Shown here piece after piece: positions 52,130 through 61,450 of a stretch of DNA of 64,000 bases. The DNA is taken from positions 64,116-128,115 of the forward strand of contig JBDHTD010000001.1 in the NCBI GenBank assembly GCA_039808485.1, in the 5' to 3' direction. This DNA comes from Aquamicrobium sp. Lineage in GTDB: Bacteria; Pseudomonadota; Alphaproteobacteria; Rhizobiales; Rhizobiaceae. The notes beneath the pieces were generated by a model. The model did no database searches. It saw only the letters and a list, made by a program, of their open reading frames with translations, and was not told the DNA's origin. Both the position numbers and the translations under genes were made by a program. Positions within the stretch are counted from its first letter, which is position 1. Each line of letters opens with the position of its first letter.

Positions 52130-54127
52130 TCAGCGCGGCGGCTGCGGCAGGTTGAGCCGCTGGCCGGGGACGATGCGGCCGGGGTCGCCGCGCAAGCCGG
52201 GGTTCAGCTCCAGCAGCTCGATGTAGCGGTTGCCGTCGCCGAGGAACTCGGCGGCGATGGACCACAGCGATTGCCCCGGCAGCACCGTATGAAGCGCCGG
52301 CCCGGCGGAAACGGTCTCGACTTCCGGCTCGGTCGCCGCCTGGCGACCATCCACGCTCTCCGGCAGCGGCACCTCGCCGGGGGCCGCGCCTTCGGCCTTC
52401 TGCGCTTCACCTTCCTCCGGCAGGCCCTCGGCCAGCTTCTTCTCGACCTCTCCCTTCAATGCCGGCTCGGGGTCGAGCGCCAGCGCGTGCTTCCACTGGA
52501 AGCCGGCTTCCAGCCTGCGGCCGACGCGCCAGTAGGCGTCGCCGAGATGGTCGTTCAGGATCGGGTCGGCCGGCATCAGCCCGACGGCGCGCTCCAGCTC
52601 GCGCACGGCGTCGTCGTAGCGGCCGAGGCGGTAGAAGGCCCAGCCGAGCGAATCGACGATGTAGCCGTCCGAGGGGCGCAGGTCGACCGCGCGCTGGATC
52701 AGGCCGAGGCCTTCATCGAGGTTGACGTTCATGTCGACCCAGGAATAGCCGAGATAGTTCATCACCTGCGGCTGGTCGGGGAAGAGCTCCAGCGCCTTCC
52801 TGAAATCCGGCTCGGCCCTGTCCCACTCCTTCAGCCGCTCGCGGGCGATGCCGCGCTGGTAGAAGATGTTCCATTCGGCCCGCGTCGGCGTCCCGATCCG
52901 CGCCACGGCGCGGTCGTAGACTTCGGCGGCGGCGCGATAGTTCTCCTGCGAGGCATAGACGCCGCCGAGCGCCAGATAGGCGCGCATGTCGCTCTCGTCC
53001 CTGGCCAGCGCCGTCTTGAGATGGCTGACGGCCTCGTCGCTGCGCTTCAGATCGGCGAGGTTGAGGCCGAGCTGGAGCTCCGCCACCCGCTTCATCGGCG
53101 AGGCGGCCGGAATCCGCTCGTAGAAGGCGATGGCGGCTTCGGCGTCCTGCTGCTGCTCGGCGACGCCGGCGAGCTGGATCAGGACGGCGTCGCTGTTCGG
53201 GGTCAGCGCCAGCGCGTAGTTGAGATAGAGCCGGACGAAGGATTCGCCGCCGCTGCGGTTCAACGCGGTGGCGATGTTGAGCAGCGCCTCCGCCGCGCCG
53301 GCCCGGATGTCGGGCACCAGCGGCGCGACCGCGCGGCCGTCCTTGATGCGGCCGCGCAGCGCCTCGACCGTCAGCCGCCCGGCGGAGAAGGCGTCGGCCC
53401 TGTCGAGAACGGCAAGGGCGGCGTCGCGCTCGCCCTTGCGGGCGAGGAAGCCGGCATAGGATTCGAGCAGCCGCATGTAGGTCTCGGGCGCGGCGCCGGC
53501 GGCGGCGAGATTGTCGGCGGCGGCGGCGAACGCCGCGGCGGCGGCATCGGCCTCTCCCGCCTGCTCGGCGATCAGCGCCCGGTGATAGGCGACGAACAGC
53601 TCGTACCATTCCGGCCCGGCAAGGGCGTCGAGCGCGGCCAGCGCATCGCCGCCGTCGCCGGCGCCCAGCTTCGTCCACGCGGCCATCAGCCCGGTGATCA
53701 GCCGGTCGAGATCCGATTCGAGCGACAGCTTCAGCCAGTAGCCGGCATCGCCATAGCTGGCCTGGCGAATCGCCTCGACGCCCAGCGCCAGCCGCGAGAA
53801 GCGCTCGACCTCCGGCACTTCCTTCAGCTTCTCGGCAAAGGGCAGCGCCGCGTCGAAGCTGCCCTGCGAAATCAGCCCGAGCAGCAGGCTCTGCTGGATG
53901 GTGCGGTTGTCGGGGTCGAAGGCGAAGGCGCGGCGATAATAGGCGATCGCCGCATCGAGATCGTTGTCGCTTTCGGCGATGCGCGCGGCGAGATAGGCGC
54001 CCGACAGCGTGTTGACGCGCACCGGCTCGTCCGCGGCCGCGAGCGGGACGGCGGACGCCCACGCGCCGGAGGCCGCGCTGGCCGCCAGCCCGGCAGCCAC
54101 GATCCAACGTCCTGTCAAAAGCCGCAT
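52130..54127 (-). CDS. Exported tetratricopeptide repeat protein with C-terminal LysM domain
   Basis: Signal peptide, TPR helices (NYLGYSWVD, DSLGWAFY, DHLGDAYW), linker, then HTVLPGQSLWSIA...LNP...IVPGQRLNLP. Confidence 0.9.
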   Translation of the reverse strand: MRLLTGRWIVAAGLAASAASGAWASAVPLAAADEPVRVNTLSGAYLAARIAESDNDLDAAIAYYRRAFAFDPDNRTIQQSLLLGLISQGSFDAALPFAEKLKEVPEVERFSRLALGVEAIRQASYGDAGYWLKLSLESDLDRLITGLMAAWTKLGAGDGGDALAALDALAGPEWYELFVAYHRALIAEQAGEADAAAAAFAAAADNLAAAGAAPETYMRLLESYAGFLARKGERDAALAVLDRADAFSAGRLTVEALRGRIKDGRAVAPLVPDIRAGAAEALLNIATALNRSGGESFVRLYLNYALALTPNSDAVLIQLAGVAEQQQDAEAAIAFYERIPAASPMKRVAELQLGLNLADLKRSDEAVSHLKTALARDESDMRAYLALGGVYASQENYRAAAEVYDRAVARIGTPTRAEWNIFYQRGIARERLKEWDRAEPDFRKALELFPDQPQVMNYLGYSWVDMNVNLDEGLGLIQRAVDLRPSDGYIVDSLGWAFYRLGRYDDAVRELERAVGLMPADPILNDHLGDAYWRVGRRLEAGFQWKHALALDPEPALKGEVEKKLAEGLPEEGEAQKAEGAAPGEVPLPESVDGRQAATEPEVETVSAGPALHTVLPGQSLWSIAAEFLGDGNRYIELLELNPGLRGDPGRIVPGQRLNLPQPPR

Positions 54128-54309
54128 CGTGTTCCTTCCCTATGGCCTTTCCATGGGCCTTCTCAATAGGTCGTCCAACGGCGGGCCTTCCGACGGCGGG
54201 CGCGCCGCGGCCGTCCCGCCGACAGCCTCATGGAGCGACACAAGCATGGCCTTTTTGCGGACGGGGTTCAATCCGCCGCCCGCCCGCAGCCCGTCCGTCG
54301 CAGCCGCGT

Positions 54310-55326
54310 TCAGTTCACCCGGCTGATGCAGAAGTCGATGACGTCGAGCAGCGCGTCCTTCTGCGGCGTGGCGGCAAGCGGCGCCAGGGCGTCGCGCGCG
54401 ATCTCGCCGAAATGACGGGCCCTGCCGATGGTGTCGCCGATGGCGCCGTGCTTGACCATCAGCCCGCGCGCCCGCTCCAGCGCGACGTCGTCGCTGGCCG
54501 AATCCTCGATCGCGTCCTTCCAGAACCGCCGCTCCTCGACCGTGCCGCGCCGGTAGGCGAGGATGACCGGCAGCGTCACCTTGCCCTCGCGGAAGTCGTC
54601 GCCGACATTCTTGCCGAGGTTGCGCGAATCGCCGCCATAGTCGAGCGCGTCGTCGATCAACTGGAAGGCCAGGCCGAGATTGACGCCATAGGAACGCAAC
54701 GCGGCGCGCTCGGCCCTGGACGCCTCGGCGATGATCGGCCCGACCTCGGCGGCGGCCGAGAACAGCGCTGCGGTCTTGGCCTTGATGACGGCGAGATACT
54801 CGTCCTCGGTGGTCTCCAGGTTCTTGGCGACGCCGAGCTGCATCACCTCGCCCTCGGCGATCACCGAGGCGGCGGCCGACAGCACGTCCAGCGCCTCCAG
54901 AGACCCGACCTCAACCATCATGCGGAAGGCCTGGCCGAGCAGGAAATCGCCGACGAGCACGCTCGCCTGGTTGCCCCAGATCATGCGGGCGGTGCGCTTG
55001 CCGCGGCGCAGGTCGCTCTCGTCGACGACGTCGTCGTGGAGCAGCGTCGCCGTGTGCATGAACTCGACGCTGGTCGACAGCTTGACGTGGCCGTCGCCGC
55101 GATAGTCGAACATCTGGGCGGCGGCCAGCGTCAGCATCGGCCGCAGGCGCTTGCCGCCGGACGAGATCAGGTGGTTGGCGACCTCCGGAATCATCTGGAC
55201 GTCCGACCCGGCCTTCATCAGGATCAGCTCGTTGACGCGGCCCATATCGGCCCGCGTCAGCGCGATCAGCGCCTCGATCGACGCCTTGGCGCGCTTTCCA
55301 TCCTCGATATCGACCACAACGCCCAC
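54310..55326 (-). CDS. ispB: Polyprenyl (octa/decaprenyl) diphosphate synthase
   Basis: GGKRLRP, LLHDDVVD, RRG, KTAALF, FQLIDD, GKNVGDDFREGK. Confidence 0.92.
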   Translation of the reverse strand: MGVVVDIEDGKRAKASIEALIALTRADMGRVNELILMKAGSDVQMIPEVANHLISSGGKRLRPMLTLAAAQMFDYRGDGHVKLSTSVEFMHTATLLHDDVVDESDLRRGKRTARMIWGNQASVLVGDFLLGQAFRMMVEVGSLEALDVLSAAASVIAEGEVMQLGVAKNLETTEDEYLAVIKAKTAALFSAAAEVGPIIAEASRAERAALRSYGVNLGLAFQLIDDALDYGGDSRNLGKNVGDDFREGKVTLPVILAYRRGTVEERRFWKDAIEDSASDDVALERARGLMVKHGAIGDTIGRARHFGEIARDALAPLAATPQKDALLDVIDFCISRVN

Positions 55327-55529
55327 CGGAAAACTCCTTCATGCGACCCCGCCGGCCCCTTGCCAGTTTCCCTGGCAGCCCTGCCGACGGCCGACTCTAG
55401 GCAGAGGCGAAGATGGCGGCAAGTGGCGAATTGGCGCAAACTTCACTGTTTCCGGGCGCCCGGCAGCGGTTTTCGCGGCGGCAGCGACGGGGATTTACAT
55501 CGGCCGTGCAACCTGAAACCCTTCGCGGC

Positions 55530-55754
55530 ATGATCGAGCTCATGCGCACCAACGACGCCGTGCTGATCTCCTTCGTCGAGGCGCTGCTGCGCGACGCGGG
55601 GATCGGCTTCTTCGTCGCCGACAACAATATGAGCGTGGTCGAAGGCTCGCTCGGCATCCTGCCGCGCCGGGTGATGGTGCCGGACGACGACGCCGAGGAC
55701 GCCCGCCGCCTGCTGGCCGACGCCGGCATCGCCGGCGAGACACGGGACGGATGA
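55530..55754 (+). CDS. DUF2007 domain-containing small protein
   Basis: MIELMRTNDAVLISFVEALL...MSVVEGSLGILPRRVMV. Stop overlaps the next start. Confidence 0.82.
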   Translation: MIELMRTNDAVLISFVEALLRDAGIGFFVADNNMSVVEGSLGILPRRVMVPDDDAEDARRLLADAGIAGETRDG

Positions 55755-56551
55755 GCGCCGGCGTGACGGACGCGGGTACGACTGACTCGGGTGCCCCGAC
55801 GCAGGACGCCTTCCATCGCGGCCGGTTCGTGCTCGTCCAGCCGCGCAGGGGCCATCGCGCCGGGCTGGACGCGATGCTGCTCGCCGCCGCGGTGCCGGAC
55901 GGTTTTTGCGGGCGGCTGGCCGATCTCGGCGCCGGCGCCGGCGCAGCCGGACTTGGCGTCGCGGCGCGCTGCCCCGAGGCACGGGTGCTGCTCGTCGAGC
56001 GCGAGGCGGAGATGGTCGCCCATGCACGGCTGACGCTGGCGCACGCGGCGAACACGGCGTTTCGCGGCCGGGTCGATCTCGTCGCCGCCGACGTGACGCT
56101 GGCCGGCCAGGCGCGGCGCGAGGCCGGCCTCGCCGACAACGCCTTCGATTTCGCGGTGATGAACCCGCCCTTCAACGAGGCGGCGGACCGCGCCTCGCCC
56201 GACGCCCTGCGCCGCGCTGCGCATGTGATGGAGGGCGGCCTGTTCGAAAGCTGGCTGCGCACGGCGGGCGCGATCCTGAAACCGCGGGGCAAGGTGGCCC
56301 TGATCGCCCGGCCGCAGTCGCTCGAGGCGATCCTCGCCGCGCTCGGGGGCCGCTTCGGCGGCGCCGCGCTCCTGCCCGTCCATCCGCGCGCCGGCGACCC
56401 GGCGATCCGAATCATCGTCCGCGCCGTGCGCGGCTCGCGCGCGCCGCTTGCCCTTCACCCGCCGCTGATCCTCCACGACGGCGACGGCACCGGCTTCTCG
56501 CAACGGGCCGAGGCGGCGATCAACGGCCTTGCCGCGCTTTTCGCGGCTTGA
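55751..56551 (+). CDS. tRNA1(Val) (adenine37-N6)-methyltransferase-like protein
   Basis: GHRAGLDAMLLAA, DLGAGAG, VMNPPF. Confidence 0.85.
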   Translation: MSAGVTDAGTTDSGAPTQDAFHRGRFVLVQPRRGHRAGLDAMLLAAAVPDGFCGRLADLGAGAGAAGLGVAARCPEARVLLVEREAEMVAHARLTLAHAANTAFRGRVDLVAADVTLAGQARREAGLADNAFDFAVMNPPFNEAADRASPDALRRAAHVMEGGLFESWLRTAGAILKPRGKVALIARPQSLEAILAALGGRFGGAALLPVHPRAGDPAIRIIVRAVRGSRAPLALHPPLILHDGDGTGFSQRAEAAINGLAALFAA

Positions 56552-56612
56552 CCATTGCGCGGCCGGCGCGAGCGCCTACATGCGCAAGCGACCCGAAGGA
56601 GAACCGCCCGCC

Positions 56613-57485
56613 GTGAAACGCCTGTTCAACCGCCTGCTGCCCGCCTCGCTGCGCTCGAACGACGTCACCATTCCCGTCATCCGCCTCAACGGCGCGATCA
56701 CCGCCGGCGGCAGCCAGTTCCGCCCCGGCCTGTCGCTGGCGACGACGGCGGCGGCGATCGAGAAGGCGTTCGCGTTCAAGCAGGCACCGGCGGTCGCCGT
56801 TTCCATCAACTCGCCGGGCGGCTCGCCGGTGCAGTCGCGGCTGATCTACAAGCGCATCCGCGATCTGGCCGAGGAGAAGAACAAGCGCGTGATCGTCTTC
56901 GTCGAGGACGCCGCCGCTTCCGGCGGCTACATGATCGCACTGGCCGGCGACGAGATCGTCGCCGACCCGTCCTCGATCGTCGGCTCGATCGGCGTGGTGT
57001 CGTCGGGCTTCGGCTTCCAGGAGCTGATCCGGAAGATCGGCGTCGAGCGCCGCGTCCACACGGCCGGCCCGAACAAGGCGATCCTCGACCCGTTCCAGCC
57101 GGAAAAGGAAGAGGACGTGGAACGGCTGAAGACGCTCCAGCTCGAAATCCACGACACCTTCATCGACATGGTCAAGGCACGGCGCGGCGCGAAGCTCGCC
57201 GACGACCCGGACCTCTTCACCGGCATGTTCTGGACCGGCAGGAAGGGGCTCGAGCTCGGCCTCGTCGACGCGCTGGGCGACATGCGCGCCCACCTGAAGC
57301 AGCGCTACGGCGAGAAGACGAAGCTCCAGCTCGTTTCGGCGCCGCGGAGCTTCTTCAGCCGCCGGCTCGGCCTTTCCAGCACAGGGGCGGGCATGCGCGG
57401 CGGCGCGGAAATGGCGGCGGCCGCGGCCGGCGGCCTCGCCGACGCGGCGCAGGAACGCGCGCTGTGGGCGCGGCTGGGGCTTTGA
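56613..57485 (+). CDS. S49 family (SppA-like) peptidase
   Basis: INSPGGSPVQS, DAAASGGY, GSIGV, KAILDPF. GTG start with GAAGGAGA upstream. Confidence 0.9.
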   Translation: MKRLFNRLLPASLRSNDVTIPVIRLNGAITAGGSQFRPGLSLATTAAAIEKAFAFKQAPAVAVSINSPGGSPVQSRLIYKRIRDLAEEKNKRVIVFVEDAAASGGYMIALAGDEIVADPSSIVGSIGVVSSGFGFQELIRKIGVERRVHTAGPNKAILDPFQPEKEEDVERLKTLQLEIHDTFIDMVKARRGAKLADDPDLFTGMFWTGRKGLELGLVDALGDMRAHLKQRYGEKTKLQLVSAPRSFFSRRLGLSSTGAGMRGGAEMAAAAAGGLADAAQERALWARLGL

Positions 57486-57568
57486 CCGGCGGCGAAAACG
57501 CTTTAATCTATCCGATGGGATCGCAATCGGCCTTCGGCCGGCCACCCTCGATCGGGGAGGACAGGAAC

Positions 57569-57754
57569 GTGCCGCAACTCATCTTCTTCGCCGTCCTCGG
57601 CGTGGCCGCCTATGTCGGCTATCGCTCCTTCCTGCGCGAGGCCGAGCGGGTGACGGCGAAGGCGCGCCGGACCGAAGCGGAGCAGCGCGCCGGCGCCCAC
57701 GGCACGCTGGTCAAGGACCCCGTCACCGGCGAATACCACCTGACCAAAGACTGA
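57569..57754 (+). CDS. Small single-TM membrane protein
   Basis: 61 aa (V/M)PQLIFFAVLGVAAYVGY...GTLVKDPVTGEY. Strong RBS GGAGG. Confidence 0.75.
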   Translation: MPQLIFFAVLGVAAYVGYRSFLREAERVTAKARRTEAEQRAGAHGTLVKDPVTGEYHLTKD

Positions 57755-57767
57755 GCCCGACCGCGGC

Positions 57768-58655
57768 ATGGCCGACACGATCAGCGAGAACGCGCCGGCC
57801 AAGGTGAACCTTGCGCTGCATGTCACCGGGCAGCGGCCGGACGGCTATCATCTCCTCGACACGCTGGTGGCGTTCACCGCGAGCGGGGACCGCATCCGCA
57901 TCACGCCTTCCGCCCGCGAGGGCTTCTTCGTCAGCGGGCCTTTCGCCGCGGCCATTCCGGCCGATGGCGGCAACCTGGTCGTCAAGGCGCGCGACATGCT
58001 GCGCGGCATCGCCGGCCGACGCGCCTTTCCGGTGGCGATCGAGCTCGAGAAGAACCTGCCGGCGGCGGCAGGCATCGGCGGCGGATCGAGCGACGCCGCG
58101 GCGACGCTGCGGGCGCTGAACCGGCTGTGGCGGCTTGGCCTTCCCACCGCGTCGCTGGCCGAGGCGGCGCTGCCTCTGGGAGCCGACCTGCCGATGTGCG
58201 TCCTGGCCGGCCCGTTGGTGGCGCGCGGCATCGGCGAAGTCCTGACGCCGGTCCCGGGCCTGCCCGCGCTCGACATGGTGCTGGTCAATCCCGGCGTGGC
58301 GGTGGCGACGCCGGCCGCGTTCAGGGGGCTGCAAAGCCGCAACAACCCGCCGCTCGCCGAACTGCCGCGCCGGCCCGATTTCGCCGCCTTCGTCGGCTGG
58401 CTCGCGGCGGCGCGCAACGATCTCCAGACGCCGGCGCTGGCCGTCGCGCCGGAGATCGCGGCGGCGCTGGCCGCGCTTCGCGACAGCGGCGCGGCGTTCG
58501 CGCGCATGTCCGGCTCGGGCGCCACCTGCTTCGGCCTCTATCCCTCGCGTCACGATGCCGCGCGGGCCGCGGCGGCAATCGCCGCCCGACGGCCGTCGTG
58601 GTACGTTCAGCCGACGACGACACTGGACGGAGAACCCGACCGCCATGGCCCATAG
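57768..58655 (+). CDS. ispE: 4-(cytidine 5'-diphospho)-2-C-methyl-D-erythritol kinase
   Basis: APAKVNLALHV, GYHLLDT, KNLPAAAGIGGGSSDAA, GADLP, RMSGSGATCFG. Confidence 0.95.
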   Translation: MADTISENAPAKVNLALHVTGQRPDGYHLLDTLVAFTASGDRIRITPSAREGFFVSGPFAAAIPADGGNLVVKARDMLRGIAGRRAFPVAIELEKNLPAAAGIGGGSSDAAATLRALNRLWRLGLPTASLAEAALPLGADLPMCVLAGPLVARGIGEVLTPVPGLPALDMVLVNPGVAVATPAAFRGLQSRNNPPLAELPRRPDFAAFVGWLAAARNDLQTPALAVAPEIAAALAALRDSGAAFARMSGSGATCFGLYPSRHDAARAAAAIAARRPSWYVQPTTTLDGEPDRHGP

Positions 58656-59205
58656 CGACGACATCCGCCCGTTCCTGCCCGTCGGCTTCGCCGTGCTGAC
58701 CGTTTCGGACACGCGCACGCTCGCCGACGACAAATCCGGCCAGACGCTCGCCGAGCGCATCGGGAAGGCCGGGCACAGGCTGGCGGGGCGCGCGATCGCC
58801 ACCGACGACGTCGAGGCCATCCGCGCCGTGGTCAGGCGCTGGGCGGACGACCCGGCGGTCGATGCCGTCCTCACCACCGGCGGCACCGGCTTCACCGGCC
58901 GCGACGTGACGCCGGAAGCGCTGGAGCCGCTGTTCGAAAAACGCATGGATGGCTTCTCGCAAATCTTCCACCGCGTCTCATACGACAAGATCGGCACCTC
59001 GACGATCCAGTCGCGCGCCACCGCCGGCACCATCGGCACCACCTTCGTCTTCTGCCTGCCCGGCTCGCCCGGCGCCTGCCGCGACGCCTGGGACCACATC
59101 CTCGAGCAGCAATTCGACTATCGCCGCCGGCCGTGCAATTTCGTCGAGATCATGCCGAGGCTGGACGAGCACCTGAAGCGCGGCGCGGCGGAACCCGGTC
59201 GATAG
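58645..59205 (+). CDS. moaB: Molybdenum cofactor biosynthesis protein B
   Basis: AVLTVSDTR, DKSG, TTGGTGFTGRDVTPEA, QSRA, LPGSPGAC. Confidence 0.93.
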   Translation: MAHSDDIRPFLPVGFAVLTVSDTRTLADDKSGQTLAERIGKAGHRLAGRAIATDDVEAIRAVVRRWADDPAVDAVLTTGGTGFTGRDVTPEALEPLFEKRMDGFSQIFHRVSYDKIGTSTIQSRATAGTIGTTFVFCLPGSPGACRDAWDHILEQQFDYRRRPCNFVEIMPRLDEHLKRGAAEPGR

Positions 59206-59228
59206 CCCGGTTGGCTCGTCCGTAAAAA

Positions 59229-59243
59229 GTTCTTGCTTTGTTC
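59229..59243 (+). promoter_or_regulatory. Alphaproteobacterial LexA (SOS) box
   Basis: Exact GTTC-TTGCTTT-GTTC (GTTC-N7-GTTC) 61 nt upstream of a DNA-repair-type radical SAM gene. Confidence 0.75.
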
Positions 59244-59304
59244 TGATTTCCGGTTAGGAATAATTTCATCGACGAGTCGCCCGCATCCACGTGGAGACCC
59301 TGGC

Positions 59305-60459
59305 ATGGAACCGATCAGACAAGCAGACATGGCCGCCTTTTCCGCCGGCGGCGCGCCGCTCGCCAACGCGGTGATCGAGGAAAGCGGCGTGCGCATCGAT
59401 TTCGAGCGCCGGCGCGGGCGCGGCGCGGGAATCAACCCGTCCGGCCGCTACGAGCCCACCTCGCGCCACGTTTTCGACGACGGCTGGAGCAATCTCGAGG
59501 GCCTGCCCGCGTTCGAGACCCAGGTGCAGGTGGAGCGTCCGCGCACCATCATCACCCGCAACGATTCGCCCGACATCGGCTTCGACCGCTCGGTCAATCC
59601 TTATCGCGGCTGCGAGCACGGCTGCATCTACTGCTTCGCGCGTCCGACCCATGCCTATATGGGGCTGTCGCCGGGGCTGGATTTCGAATCGCGGCTGTTC
59701 GCCAAGCCGGACGCCGCGCGCTTGCTGGAGCGCGAGCTGACCAGGCCCGGCTACGAGGCGCGCACCATCGCCATCGGCACCAACACCGACCCCTACCAGC
59801 CGATCGAGCGGCAATGGCGCATCATGCGCGAGGTGCTCGAAGTGCTGGAGGCGCACAACCATCCGGTCGGCATCGTCACCAAGTCGGCGCTGGTGACGCG
59901 CGACATCGACATCCTGTCGCGCATGGCCGAAAAGCGGCTGGCCAAGGTGGCGCTTTCCGTCACCACGCTCGACCGCGCGCTGGCGCGGACCATGGAGCCG
60001 CGCGCCTCGACGCCGCCGAAGCGGCTGGAAGCGATCCGCACCCTCGCCGAGGCCGGCATCCCGGTCTCGGTGCTGGTGTCGCCGGTCGTGCCGGCGGTCA
60101 ACGACCAGGAGATCGAGCGCATCCTCGAATCGGCCCACGCCGCCGGCGCGCGCGAGGCCGGCTACATTATCCTGCGGCTGCCGCTGGAGGTCGCGCCGCT
60201 GTTCAAGGACTGGCTGCTGCGCAACTATCCCGACCGCTACCGCCACGTCATGTCGCTGATCCGCTCGATGCGCGGCGGCAAGGACTACGACGCCGAATGG
60301 GGCAAGCGGATGAAGGGGACCGGCCCCTATGCCTGGCAGATCGGCCGCCGCTTCGAGATCGCAGCGAAGCGGCTGGGCCTGAATGCCGAGCGGCGGCGGC
60401 TGCGCAACGACCTGTTCAAGCCGCCGGCCAGGGCGGGCGAGCAGTTGATGCTGCTCTGA
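59305..60459 (+). CDS. PA0069 family radical SAM protein (SplB-like)
   Basis: SVNPYRGCEHGCIYCFAR (CxxxCxxC), GTNTDPYQPIE, MEPRA. Confidence 0.9.
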   Translation: MEPIRQADMAAFSAGGAPLANAVIEESGVRIDFERRRGRGAGINPSGRYEPTSRHVFDDGWSNLEGLPAFETQVQVERPRTIITRNDSPDIGFDRSVNPYRGCEHGCIYCFARPTHAYMGLSPGLDFESRLFAKPDAARLLERELTRPGYEARTIAIGTNTDPYQPIERQWRIMREVLEVLEAHNHPVGIVTKSALVTRDIDILSRMAEKRLAKVALSVTTLDRALARTMEPRASTPPKRLEAIRTLAEAGIPVSVLVSPVVPAVNDQEIERILESAHAAGAREAGYIILRLPLEVAPLFKDWLLRNYPDRYRHVMSLIRSMRGGKDYDAEWGKRMKGTGPYAWQIGRRFEIAAKRLGLNAERRRLRNDLFKPPARAGEQLMLL

Positions 60460-60620
60460 CGGCTTCCGCCGTCCTCTTCCCCGGCGCATGAGCGCCGGCC
60501 ATGTTCACGGTTCCGTCCGCGCTCCCGTCCCCATGAGCCGGACGGCCGCCTTCCCCGCGCCCGCCCCGATGGCGGGGAAGGCTTGCGGAGGATCGGGACC
60601 GATGCGAGCATCGCCGCACA

Positions 60621-61271
60621 ATGTCTCGCGCGCGTCCCGATTCTCCCCTTCTCTTCGACCTGCCGCTCAGGCCCGACTTCTCGCTCGAGGCGGCGGCCCG
60701 GCGCGACGGCTTCTGGCCGGTCGCCGGCACCGACGAGGCCGGCCGCGGCCCGCTGGCCGGCCCGGTCGCGGCGGCGGCCGTCATCCTCGACCCCGACGAC
60801 ATCCCCGACGGGCTCGACGATTCCAAGCGCCTCGACGCCGCCGCGCGCGAGGCGGTGTTCGCCGACATCCTGTCGCGGGCGGCGGCGGTCTCCTTCGCCT
60901 CGGCCTCGGCCGCCTCGATCGACGCCGGCGACATCCGCAAGGCGAGCCTGGAGGCGATGCGCCGGGCCGTGGCCGGGCTGATGCTTCGGCCGGGACTGGT
61001 GCTGGCCGACGGGCGCGACATGCCGCCCGGCCTCGCCTGCGCGGCCCGCGCCGTGGTCAAGGGCGACCGGCGCTCGCAGTCGATCGCCGCCGCCTCCATC
61101 GTCGCCAAGGTGCTGCGCGACCGCATGATGAGGCGCGCCGGCGCCTGCGACGGCCGCTACGGCTTCGAGGTCCACATGGGCTATGCCACGGCGCGCCATC
61201 GCTCGGCGATCGTCGAGCACGGTCCGGCGGCGAGGCTGCACCGGCTGTCGTTCGCGCCGTTCAGGACGTGA
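60621..61271 (+). CDS. rnhB: Ribonuclease HII
   Basis: [44 protein letters not shown]. Confidence 0.95.
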   Translation: MSRARPDSPLLFDLPLRPDFSLEAAARRDGFWPVAGTDEAGRGPLAGPVAAAAVILDPDDIPDGLDDSKRLDAAAREAVFADILSRAAAVSFASASAASIDAGDIRKASLEAMRRAVAGLMLRPGLVLADGRDMPPGLACAARAVVKGDRRSQSIAAASIVAKVLRDRMMRRAGACDGRYGFEVHMGYATARHRSAIVEHGPAARLHRLSFAPFRT

Positions 61272-61288
61272 CCGCCCCGGCGGCGGTC
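61270..61288 (+). terminator. Hairpin after rnhB
   Basis: GACCGCC-CCGGC-GGCGGTC followed by an A/T-rich tract. Confidence 0.45.
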
Positions 61289-61289
61289 G

Positions 61290-61364
61290 TTAAATTTTGC
61301 TTAATGAAATCAATCGCGAAGCCCGCGCCGTGTTAACATTCCCTCAAGGTTAATGCCGCATTAT
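61290..61364. promoter_or_regulatory. Cluster of CtrA boxes upstream of the cell wall hydrolase
   Basis: TTAA-ATTTTGC-TTAA (61290-61304, perfect), TTAA-CATTCCC-TCAA (61333-61347), TTAA-TGCCGCA-TTAT (61350-61364). Confidence 0.78.
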
Positions 61365-61450
61365 CGCCGCTCAACAGACAGTGTTCGCGTTTCTGGAGAG
61401 TGTTCGTGTTGCGTCGACTTGTCCTGCGCCGGCGCGCCCCCGCCCGGCAC

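Noticed and set aside
60460-60620. Several hairpins between the radical SAM gene and rnhB (e.g. GCCTTCCCCGC/GCGGGGAAGGC) as a possible sRNA or riboswitch
   Set aside because: Stems of this length are common at about 75% GC, and there is no recognisable Rfam-type motif. Covariation analysis would be needed.
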